64,000 nt of DNA from Callorhinchus milii (lineage: Eukaryota), in NCBI RefSeq assembly GCF_018977255.1, contig NW_024704742.1, positions 117,554,001-117,618,000 on the forward strand. Reading direction: 5' to 3'. The translations under genes and the position numbers were made by a program. The notes beneath the pieces were generated by a model. The model worked only from the letters and a program-made list of their open reading frames with translations. It had not been told where the DNA came from and ran no database searches. Position 1 is the first letter of the stretch; every line of letters begins with the position of its first letter. Positions 12,846 to 23,312 of the stretch are shown in pieces.

Positions 12846-13362
12846 GCCAGTCAGGAATCTAGGTGTCTTGTTCGACCCTCAACTGTCTTTTCTTCCCCAC
12901 ATCTAAGCCATGACCCGCTCTGCCTTCCCTCACCTCCATAACATCGCCCTAGTCTGCCACTACCTCACTCCTCAGGCCGTTGAAACTCTTGTTCATATTT
13001 CATCACCTCCAGGCTCGATTATGCAAACGCCCTGCTTGTCAGCCTTCCCAACTCTTCCCTCCACAGGCTGCAGATAATCCAGAACTCTGCAGCCCATGTC
13101 CTCTCCCGCACCAAACTCCATGACTCCATCTCCCCCATTCTCACCCGACTCCATTGACTCCCTAATCTTCAGAGTATCCAGTTCAAGATCCTGAATATTT
13201 ATATATATTATGAATATTAATAAGGCCTTGCCCCACCCTATCTCTGTGACCTCCTAACCCCCTTCCAACCCACCTGCACCCTCCGCTCAGCGATGTCCAG
13301 CACCTTGGGACGTCCTTCCGACGTGAAAGGCGCTATACAAATGTAATCTTGTTCTTGTTGTA
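12846..13362 (+). mobile_element. L2 LINE 3' fragment
   Basis: Same RT C-terminal nucleotide motifs and the CCTTGGGACGTCC..GACGTGAAAGGCGCT tail. Confidence 0.85.
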
Positions 13363-13511
13363 GATGGGTGAATGCTGTCATGCTCCAAGCTGTGTGATGG
13401 TTCAAGTGTAAATTGCATAATCAGATGGATAGAATACTTATTTTGTACTGTAAGTACTCTATGAAGTCCCAGTTATACTGCAGCCCCAACTTGACATGAT
13501 GCCTGTAGTAC

Positions 13512-13884
13512 AGTGGAGTCCTGTAGCTCAGTGGTTCGAGCACTTGCCTCGCAAGCGATACCTGGGTTCGATTCCAGGCGGGGCGAAACGTTGGGCAAAT
13601 TTCCTTACTCCACATGTCTCCGTTTACCTAGCAGTAAGTAGGAACTTGGTTGTTAGTCGATTGGTGGATCACTTATCCGGGAGTAATAAACTCTTCAAAA
13701 AAAATATCAATTTGGTCACTTAATCCACGATTGTTTGTCGGACACTGCTGTGTGCAATTGGCTGCCGCATTTTGCCCACAAAATATACAGTCAACTCATT
13801 TTACAGTATCTGTGAGGCTCTTTGAGACGTCTCAAAGACATGATAAGGTGCTATATCAAATGCAACAATTATTTATTATTATTA
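13512..13884 (+). mobile_element. tRNA-derived Deu-type SINE, long subfamily
   Basis: Head, central GTTTACCTAGCAGTAAGTAGGAAC block, body and tail. Confidence 0.85.
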
Positions 13885-14248
13885 CCGTAATTTGGAGCAT
13901 GATCCTGAGGTCTGAAAATACCATGATTTCAGTCTTGAGACCAATATCTCAACATTAAAATAAAGACTTGTGGAGTAAGGAAACTTGCCTAAGGTTTCGT
14001 ATAGTGCCTTTCATGTCTAGAAGAAGTCCCAAAATGGTTCACAGAATTCACTGTAAAATGGAGTGATTGTGTGCTTTGTGTTTACTAATAATAATAATAA
14101 TTGCACTTGATATAGCTTCTTATCACATCGTCGCGTCCTCTCAAAGCGCTTCACAGGGTATACTGTGAAGTCAATTGGCAGCCACCAGTTACCAGGATAT
14201 TTCTAACCCTGAAAATTATTCAGAAAAACTCTTAATGTTATTGCATTT

Positions 14249-14561
14249 ATAATAATAATAATCCTTGAATTTGATACAGCGCTTTTCACGTCTTCTAGAT
14301 GTCCCAAAGCGCTTCACAGAATATACTGTAAAGTGAATTGACTGTATATTTGTGGGCGAACGCGGCAGCCAATTGCGCACAGCAATGTTCCACAAACAGT
14401 CATGGATTGAAAATGATCCATTTATTACTGTTTGTTTTGGACGGATTATTATTAGGCGTGTGGAGTAAGGAAACTTGCCCAAGGTTTCGCCCTCTGCCTG
14501 GAATTGAACTCAGGTCTCTCGCTTGCAAAGCGAACGCTCTAACCATTGAGCTACAGGACTC
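14249..14561 (-). mobile_element. tRNA-derived Deu-type SINE, short subfamily
   Basis: Full head, body and tail; TAGAA tail-loop variant shared with the 46-366 copy. Confidence 0.9.
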
Positions 14562-15382
14562 TTGTATTTGCCTTTATATACAATACATCATTTTTTTTTA
14601 GATATATAGCACAACATATTATTTATAATTTCATCTATCTCCGGGCAGAAACATTGACAGAGGACTCAGAAACAAATGCTAAGTCGTATTTTTTTATTTG
14701 AGTTTGCAAGACATAAAATATTTTCAAAGACATATGTACATTGCCCAGATATGCATTTCTGCCACCACCAACTCCCTTAAATACATTGGTGTGTTTTTTT
14801 TTTGGTATAAATCTATATTTACACACATAATACATCACACCTGCTCGGAAAAGACATCCAGCGGGGAGAGGAGCATTCCCTTCAGCCCTTTCTTTCGCTG
14901 TGCTTTTCAGAAAAGATTAATCCCGCAAATCCCACGCATTATTACAACATATGCGAAATTCTTATTGACATTTCCATTGAAGAGGGACATCGCACACAAC
15001 GAATGAACCGACATCACAATCCACTGCACTCACTCTCACTCTCACTCTCTCTCTCACACACACTCTCTCAATGCATTCCCTTCAGTTCGTTTTGGTTTTT
15101 TTTTTAAATTTATTTTTTATTTTTTTATTTAAAAAAAAAAGATGCCCAAATAAATATCGGGACGAGAGGAACATCGGGGGGGGGGGGGATGAAAAAAAAA
15201 AAAAAAACACCTCCATCACCAGTCACATCCCTCGCAGCCGAGAGAGTCGGTTCCAGGGGAAAGGACTGGTCCTTCTCATCGAGAGGAGCGATCGGGTTCC
15301 AGGTCAGGACCGGAGGAACGCAACCGCGGCTCTCTCTCTCTCCCCCTCTCCCCCCCTCTCCCCCCACGGGGTTCCCGGGGGT

Positions 15383-16285
15383 TCAGGTCTCGCTCTCTTT
15401 GCGTTTCTTGCTCTGCCTTTGCGTGACGGCGGACGAGCGTTTGTAGTCGCAGTGAGTGCCGCAGAGCCAGTCCCAGTGCGCGAAGAAAGGGGCGAAGTGG
15501 TACTGGGGCTTCTGGTGGTGGGCGTCGTGCTTGACGGTGCCGCCCCACAGCCCGAACGGAATCACGTTGTGCAGGGCCCAGGGGAAGTCGTAGCCGCTGT
15601 GGTCGTCCACCGAGATCCAGATGACGGCGACCATGAACGCGAAGCCGGTCAGGCTGTGGCACTGCAGCAGCACCGCGTCGATGCTCGCCCAGAAGCCGAG
15701 GCTGATCAGCTCCCAGGCGGACAGGTACTGCGTGGACCACGAGAAAGGGGCGGAGAACTCGTGGTGGATGGCGTGGAAGGTGGTGTAGAGCCACCTGACC
15801 CGGTGGTGCAGGACGTGCCAGATGTAGTACTGGAAGTCGAAGAGGATGGTGCAGCTCACGATGCCGATGAGGAACTCGGACACCGGCGGCGCCTCCTCGA
15901 CCAGAGGGAGGGGCGGCCTCCAGTACCACTGGGCCACGGTGGCCGGGAAGACGAACAGGACGTGGTTGTAGCCCGTTTGCCAGAGGGTCTTGAAGATGTT
16001 GTCCCAGGTCACGGGCTGGTCCGGGTGGATCTTGTAGCGGGTGACGGCCGCGCACCTGAGGGCCATCAGATCCAGGATCATGTACAGAGTGCACGAGACG
16101 AAGTAGGTCGAGACGGAGATGAGGACCGGGAAGAGGGGAGACCGCAGCGCATCTGCGTGGTTGTACCTCAAGTAGTCCCACAGCGGCTGCAGGAGGGACT
16201 TGTCCCAGAAATACTGACTGATGTTGGCATTTTGGATGACTTGCACGTACGGTTCGAAGACTCTACTGGAACCGATGGCGTCCAT
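15383..16285 (-). CDS. ch25hl2: Cholesterol 25-hydroxylase-like protein (sterol desaturase/fatty-acid hydroxylase family), intronless, 300 aa; resembles the fish ch25hl2/ch25hl3-type paralogues
   Basis: First in-frame ATG at 16285 (MDAIGSS...). Contains LLQPLWDYL, LRSPLFPV, FDFQYYIWHVLHH, FHAIHH, DDHSGYDFPW, KHDAHHQ and FAPFFAHWDWLCGT, i.e. the di-iron histidine boxes of the CH25H family. Strong GC3 bias and an upstream TATA box. Family call is firm; the exact paralogue symbol comes from recalled motifs and is less certain. Confidence 0.93.
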   Translation of the reverse strand: MDAIGSSRVFEPYVQVIQNANISQYFWDKSLLQPLWDYLRYNHADALRSPLFPVLISVSTYFVSCTLYMILDLMALRCAAVTRYKIHPDQPVTWDNIFKTLWQTGYNHVLFVFPATVAQWYWRPPLPLVEEAPPVSEFLIGIVSCTILFDFQYYIWHVLHHRVRWLYTTFHAIHHEFSAPFSWSTQYLSAWELISLGFWASIDAVLLQCHSLTGFAFMVAVIWISVDDHSGYDFPWALHNVIPFGLWGGTVKHDAHHQKPQYHFAPFFAHWDWLCGTHCDYKRSSAVTQRQSKKRKESET

Positions 16286-16555
16286 CAGGAGCTTCGATCG
16301 ATCGACTGGTTTTAATGATGGGAAACACACACACACACACACACACCCCACCACCACACAACCCCCTCCTCCTCCTCCTCCTCCTCCTCTCCCGACAAAA
16401 AAAAGAAGAAGTTCTCGAAACTTTTCGGAAACTTCCAGTGAAGTTTCTGCAGCGCCTCTCGATCCGACTGAACCAAACGAAGCTCAGAGTGAAGGATTAT
16501 TTGGGGGTTAACATGAAGGCACTGCGGACAGAGAGGCGATGTGACTGTGCACCTG

Positions 16556-16698
16556 TATTTATAGGCTGTGCGGGGTGGGGGGTGCGGGGGGGGGGGGGGG
16601 GGGATGCGGGGGGGAGTGGGGGGGGGGGGGATGCACTAAAAAGCCATGTGTTTCTGCCTTTGCTTCTTCTTTTGAAGACGCCCAGTTATTCCGATTGG
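16556..16698 (-). promoter_or_regulatory. Core promoter of the CH25H-like gene (TATA box, G/C tract, CCAAT box)
   Basis: On the minus strand: TATAAATA at 16563-16556, long C-runs (plus-strand G-runs) at ~16571-16630, CCAAT at 16698-16694. The TATA box is ~270 bp upstream of the ATG. Confidence 0.7.
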
Positions 16699-17537
16699 CT
16701 CTAAACTGAGCTCACATTACCCCCGCGATTGCACCAAGACAAACAGTAAAGTTTTTTGTAAAATTCCCAACTCACACAAACCTTTGAAACTGCTGTATAT
16801 TTGCTATTTCCAATCACTCTTTTCCATATCCAAACCGGGTATTGTATAATACGGTCCAAATAGGTAACCCCTTTTGGCCGCTGATGTAATAACCAAACCG
16901 GGTTCGTACACGTTTTCTGCCCCAAACGCTCTGAATTTTAAGGGGGGGATCTCTCATTGAGATTCACTTCAAAATAAAAGAGCCACTTAGGTTATTAGGT
17001 GAAATGGGGAAGCTCCAATTTTTAAGAGAAGGTAAGTTTTGAAGGTTTTTGTGTGTGTTTTAGATGCAATAAAAGTTGTAAGTCACTTTCATACATCGCA
17101 TCACATCAACGGATCTTTAAAATAAAGGGAACTAATGTAAAGTCAACGATTAATGTTTGGGCTGAAACATTACCGGTTGCAATACAGAAGGTCAGATGTC
17201 TTTCAGTAAATCCGAAACTTAGTGTTTTCATTTACTTCATTTCGAGGATCGATCGATTTAATGAACAAGAAATCTACTTCACTTTTTAGTAACCAAATAT
17301 CCAATCAAAAGTGACATCTCGTGGTTGTTTCTTGCATTTACCCTTTGGTTATGATATAATTGGAAAAAAAAGACACGGTGACCAGAAACAGAAATGCATC
17401 AGTTCAGATTGAATTAACCATTGCATTTCGATTTTTTGTTATTAGATACAATTACAATTGTGCTACACAAAATATATAATAACAGTAGCCCATATTTTAC
17501 CAAGGTTTGCAAAAAAAATTCAGCAGTGTTTTTCTTA

Positions 17538-17995
17538 TGTCAGCCTGACTCGGTTAGTAGCACTCTTGCCTCTTAAGTCAGAAGGTTTTAGGTTCAAGCT
17601 CTACATGGGGACTTTGAACTCATATAGTCCAGGCTGACACTCCGATGCACCGCCAGGGAGATGTTGTATGGCTCGAGGTACTGTCCTTCGGATGAGATAT
17701 TAAACAGAGGTGGATGTTAAAGATCCTGTAGCACTATTCAAAAAGAAAAACAACCTACGCATCAGGTTTTACCCACAGCTGTACTTCCTACCCCACATCC
17801 GGTTCCTCCCAGTGTCCTGGCCAACTATCCCTCCCAAAACTGATCATTCACTTCATCAAATGCAAGGATTACTCTTATTATCATTGCTGTTTGTTGGGTA
17901 TTGTGTGCAAATTAGTTGCCACATTCGCCTTAAAAATACAGAGCCACGGCACTTTACAAAAGATCCTGTGAAGTACTTTGTGATGTCCTCTTGAC
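17538..17995 (+). mobile_element. Older DeuSINE (SacSINE1-like) with a fuller Deu domain
   Basis: GTAGCACTCTTGCCTCT..GTCAGAAGG..GGTTCAAG head and GGATGAGA..TTAAAC..AAAGATCC..GCACTATT Deu-like core. Family name from recalled consensus. Confidence 0.65.
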
Positions 17996-18089
17996 GTCAA
18001 ATACAATATTCTACATGCGTTCTCTAAAACTACACCCTGGAGTCCTCCAACTTGCTCCCTCCCTTTGCTCAAGACCCACCTCATAACAT

Positions 18090-19150
18090 ACCTCTTTGAC
18101 ATCCTCTCTCACTGTAACCAGGGCTCCCTCTGCCTTGCCATCTTCTTGGACTGCTCTGCCTCATTTGACACAGTCAACCACACCATCCTCATCCGCTGCC
18201 TCTCCTCCCTCATCCACCTTAGTGGGACCGCACTATCCTGGTTCAAGTCCTAATTAACAAACCTTGTTCTCTTTGTCTCTTCAAACAGTTTCTCCTCTCG
18301 CCCCCACCAATCACCTGTGGCATAGCCCAGGGCTCCATCCTTGGCCCCCTCCTCTACTTCATCTACATGCTCCTTCTTGGCGAGCAGAGAAAATGTGTTT
18401 TATATGAAGTAAGACATGGAAAATCCGCAGACACGGGGTGAACTTCCACACTATGTGGATGACACACAAATCTTCCTCCAACTGCAACTCCAGGTCCACT
18501 GATGCTCTGGTAGACATCACATCAGGACCTGGATAAGCACAAACATTTTGCAGCTAAATATTGACAAGAAGGAAGCCATATGCCTTGGCTCCCATCAGCT
18601 TCTTCTGTCCTGCGGCTCTGGCCTCCTTAACCTTCCTGGCCTGTTCCTCAGACTCACCGAACCAGTGTACAATCTAAGCATCAGGTTCAACGCACAGCTG
18701 TCCTTCCTTCCGCACATCTGGTCCCTGACCAAGACCGCCTTCCTCCATCTCCGCCACATTACCCGTCTCCAAATACCTTAACCAAACCAGCTGAAACACT
18801 CGTCCATGCATTTGTCACCTCCCGCCTCAAATGCCCTCCTCCCCAGTCTCCCCAGCTCAACTATCCACAAAAACACCACCACCCGCATACTCACCCCACT
18901 AAACGCCATACCGGCATCACACCAGTTCTAGCCAGGCTCCACTCGCTCCCTAACACTGAAACGGTCGATTTCAAGATCTTCACACTAGTCTTCAAATCCC
19001 TGCATGACCTGTCACCACCTACCTTCCTATTCGACCGTGCCTACACTCAGCTCTCCCTCCCACCAGCTCAGCATCGTGCTCTGCCACTGTCAAGCACTCT
19101 GGGACCTTACCCTGTGTGAGGAGCGCTATATAAATGCAAGTTATTGTTGT
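18090..19150 (+). mobile_element. Decayed L2 LINE
   Basis: FLDCSASFDTVNHTIL, QGSILGP-type motif, YVDDT, tail. Confidence 0.85.
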
Positions 19151-20675
19151 TAATGTCATATAATGGTTAAAAAAACAGTATTGCCTTTCCTTGTAGACTT
19201 TAGGAAAGTGGAAGTAGCACTGTGGAGGCACTGAGTTTTTACCACATTTTCCACATCTTACTTCATATAAAACACATTTTCTCTGCTTAAAAAAACTGTT
19301 GAGGAGTTTTCCAATTTAGTAATTATTAGTTGTGCATTCTTTATTTAATTATAGTAGTGTATATGAGGGAGAAGCAAATAGATGGGTATGGAGAGGGGAT
19401 TAGGACGAGAGAACGCTATTGTATAAACTAGACTAGTTGGGCCAAATGACCTGTTTCTGTGCTGTAAGATTCTGCGTAATTCTATTGCTCCTTTCTTTAA
19501 ATCCTGCTTTAAGACCCACCTTTTCAATCACACCAATGGTCACCTGCCCATTCTCCTTTGCGTCCAACCCCACCACTGCCAACACTCTGAGACACTATCT
19601 TGGATGTAAATATGATGTTGTTCAGTGCTGTCATTTTCTAGGACTGGATTGATTAAAAGAAATAATGAATGTAAGGAGGTTTTCAAAAGCAATGCACAAC
19701 CTCAGATTTGGTGAAAAGATTTGACATCTATTTTGAAGCCTGCTTTTAGGAACCATTGTATTCTAAAGACTGTTCATCTCATCCATCCAATTTAATCCCC
19801 ATCGCCTTGTCACTGTCCTGAAAAGATGCTTATTAAAGAGTTAACTAAGGCAGCGTGCATAGCTTTTGCTGTGAGTCAAATATTCCCTATTTTGTAGGAT
19901 CATATCTTCAATCTCTGTCCCTGCTTCAGGCTACTTGAATTGCATGCTCATATCCTGTAGTTTTGTATTCATAATCCAAGCTAAATGAATTGTGGTGACT
20001 GCGATTCAAATAGGAATTTCCCTTATTTCAAATGGGACCAAATCCAGCCCTAGGCATCAATCACCATTTGTTATTTTAGCCAGGTGGCCATTATATGCTA
20101 TTTACTTCACATTGAGTGTCAGAATGTGTCCATACAAACAGCAACAACAACAACATTGCATATGTATAGAGCCTTTCATTAAATCTGAGCCGAATACTAT
20201 TGTCACCTGCTCCTGTCCCCTTCTCCTCCTCTTTTTCCACTCCCACATGATGTGTGCCCAAGCTGCTGACAGAAAGATAATAGTTAGTAGTCGATCCAAT
20301 CGGGAGTTAAGGAGAAACTTCTTCACACTGAAGGTGATGAGAATGTGGAACTCACTGCTAGAACTGTGGTTGAAGCAAATAGCATGAGCCAGGCGGGTCC
20401 ACAGTATTGCATGGCAATGCTGACGACAGCACATCCCGCCTGGCTCATTGGCAGGAAAGGCAGACCAGTCATGAGGGGTAGGGAGTCATCCCACTTAGCA
20501 CCTTGTAACCTGGCCTCCTTCTTGTCCCTTGAACCCTCCGCTCCAACCATCAGTGGCCATGCTTTCAGCCACTACACCCCAAACATTTGGAACTCTCTTC
20601 GTCAATCCCTCAGCCTTGTCCCATTCTTCCTCATTTTCAGATCATGCCTGATGCACTTCCTTTTCTATTCTGATT
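19098..20675 (+). repeat. Local duplication, donor copy
   Basis: Near-identical to 25825-27288. Confidence 0.95.
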
Positions 20676-20944
20676 ATGGTCACCTCCCCTCTCCTCCCAA
20701 CTCGGCGTCAGGCTTAACCACTGTTAAGCACCCCGAGAAGCTACCCTGCATGAACGGCACTATATGATTACAAGCTGTTATTATATAGCGCCTTTCACAT
20801 CAGGAGGATGTCCCAAGGCGCTGTGACTTTATGGAACTTTTCCCTTTATTCTAGCTTGTAATACATTAGGAATTAGAACTATAATGTTCAAAATGTTTGA
20901 CTTCAAATGAATGATGCAACCTTTATTTCTAAAATCACATCAGA

Positions 20945-22150
20945 GACACGGGTTTTTCAGACATCAAATCCTGGATGAGAGCTAACTTTCTACAGCTGAA
21001 TTTCAGCAAGACCGAGTCCCTCCTGATTGGCTCGCGCCAGCGCCTCCACACCTCAGGCACTGGCAGCATCAGCATCCTCTGTTGCATACTCCACCTCACC
21101 AAGCCAGTCAGGAACCTGGCCATCTTGTTCAACCTTCAACTGTCCTTTCTCCCCCATATCCATGCCATGACCCACTCTGCCTTCGCCCACCTGCACAACA
21201 TTGCCTGACTCTGCCACGGCCTCACTCCTGAGGCCACTGAAACCCTCATACGCGTATTCATCACCTCAAGGCTTGACTACAGAAACTCCCTCTTTGTCGG
21301 TCTCCCCAAATCTTCCCTCCATAAGCGGCAGATCATCCAGAACTTTGCAGTTCATGTCCTCTCCCACACCAGGCTCCGTGACCCCATCACACCCACCCTC
21401 GCTCGGCTCCGCTCGCTCCCCATCCCTCAGAGGATAGAATTCAAAATCCTCATATTCACTTTCAAGGCCCTCCACGGCCTCACCCCTCCTACATCTCTGA
21501 TCTGCTGACTCCTATCAACCTGTCCGCTCTTTCCATTCAACAGGCTCCGGCGTGCTCCAGGTCTCCCACCCAACCATCAGTGGCCAGGCTTTCAGGCTCT
21601 CTGCCCCATCCTTTGGAACTCCATCCTCGTGGAGTCCTGTAGCTCAGTGGTTAGAGCACTCGCTTTGCAAGCGAGAGACCTGAGTTCAATTCCAGGCAGG
21701 ACGAAACCTTGGGCAAGTTTCCTTACTCCACACGCCTAATAATAATCCCGCCAAAAAAACAAAACAATAATAAATTGGTCATTTTCAATCTACGACTGTT
21801 TGTGGGACATTGCTGTGCGCAATTGGCTGCCGCGTTCGCCCACAAATATACAGTTAATTCACTTTACAGTGTGTTCTGTGAAGCGCTTTGGGACGTCCTC
21901 CCGACGTGAAAAGCGCTATATCAAATGCAAGGATTATTATTATTATTATTATCCCCCATCCCTTCACCTTGCTTCCTTCAAGGCAGGACTCAAGACCATC
22001 CTCTTCGACCGTGTCTTCAGCTTCCCTCCTACCTCACTGCTCTCCCTCACCCCAACCCTGCCTCCCAAGCTGGGGTCCTGATCCCGACAGTTCAGCGCCT
22101 TGGGACGTCCTCCCGACATGAAAGGCTCTTTACAAATGTAATTTTGTTGT
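20945..22150 (+). mobile_element. L2 LINE 3' fragment, interrupted by a SINE
   Basis: WMRANFLQLNFSKTE...; tail at ~22095-22150. Confidence 0.85.
21629..21950 (+). mobile_element. tRNA-derived Deu-type SINE, short subfamily, inserted in an L2 fragment
   Basis: Intact A box TAGCTCAGTGG, B box GAGTTCAATTCC, anticodon-like stem CTCGC-TTTGCAA-GCGAG (tRNA-Ala-like), (ATT)n tail. Confidence 0.9.
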
Positions 22151-22992
22151 TTTCCTTGTTCAAACATGAAATACCATATTTCACCAGCAGAGGGTGCTCT
22201 GGTAACTGCGATAACCATTCCGGTCAATGGAAAGTATACATACAGTATATTTATTGCAAAATACAGTGATAACACTTTAAGGGTTTGATTGGTAGAAAAA
22301 AAAGGGAAGGGAATGTGTGATTGAGTTCCAAAGGGTGGGGGAAGAAAGGCTGAATGGTGGGGCAGGCAGAGCGAGGGACATAGTGCAAGTCAGAGTCCAC
22401 TGAGCGAAAGGAGTGGACATGTTGCGATGGAGTTAGCAGGTCACAGAGATAGGGAGGATCAAGGCCGTGGAGGGCTTTGAAAGCGAGGGCGAGGATTTTG
22501 AGATGGAGAGTCAGATGGGGGAGATGGGGAGTCAGTGGACTGTAATCCCAAATGCTCTTTCCCTTTACCCACCAATATATCCGTCCTCTGCATTTGTTTA
22601 ATTCTCTTTAAATGGCCCAATTGACTCTGTTGTAACAGACACCCATTCCATACTCTGGGAGAAGCTATTCTCCTGATCCTCTCCTTTTACTCCCCCTGTC
22701 ATAATCTTAAATTCATATCCTCTTCTCCTTGAATCCCCTGGAAACCAGTGGAAAGAGCTTTTCAGGATTAACTATTGGAACATCATTATCTCAAACACTT
22801 TTATAATATCACCCCTCAACCTTCTCTGCTCCTACAGAAAGTGCCTAATCTGTTTAGTCTCTTCATAGTTATCAATGCAGTGCTGGGTAGTGGGTTACAT
22901 AGTTGGAGGTATCATCCTTTGAATCAAATTAAATTGAGATCCCATCTACTTGTTCAGGTAGATGTTAAAGATACCAATATCAAAAAGAGAAA

Positions 22993-23312
22993 ACAACAAC
23001 AACAACAAAATTGCATTTGTATAGCGCCTTTCATGTCGGGAGGACGTCCCAAGGCGCTGGACAGACAGTTACAGATCCGAGCTGGAGGTCGAGGTGGGGG
23101 AGAGTGGAGGGCAGAGGGGGAAGCAGGGAAATCAAAAGCACGGTCGAAGAGGAGGGTCTTGAGATGGGTCTTGAAGGTGGCGAGGGAGGGGGTGAGATGG
23201 AGGGACTGCGGGATGGAGTTCCAGAGGGTGGGGACAGAGTGGCGGAAGGCCCGCCCGCCAATATTGGGGTGAGCGAGGCAGAGGACGTGAAGCAGGCCGG
23301 AGCCCGCTGAGC
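22993..23312 (-). mobile_element. Young L2 3' end inserted in an older DeuSINE
   Basis: GGRAFRHSVPTLWNSIP...FKTHLKTLLF; hairpin tail and (TTG)n; CpGs retained. Confidence 0.88.

Noticed and set aside
15071..16315. 414-aa plus-strand ORF and 301-aa alternative minus-strand frame (15276-16181)
   Set aside because: Shadow ORFs of the GC3-rich CH25H-like CDS; low-complexity ends and no recognisable motifs.
16286..16357. N-terminal extension MVVGCVCVC... in the ORF track
   Set aside because: Starts at a non-ATG codon and translates a (GT)n run; the ATG at 16285 is the plausible start.
16408..16448. STAT/ISRE/HSE-like cluster in the CH25H-like 5' region
   Set aside because: GAA/TTC-rich, but no exact TTCN3GAA or ISRE consensus; cannot be supported.
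21629..21700. tRNA-Ala(TGC)-like gene (and equivalent heads in other copies)
   Set aside because: A/B boxes and anticodon stem are present, but there is no acceptor stem and it runs into a SINE body; it is a SINE head.
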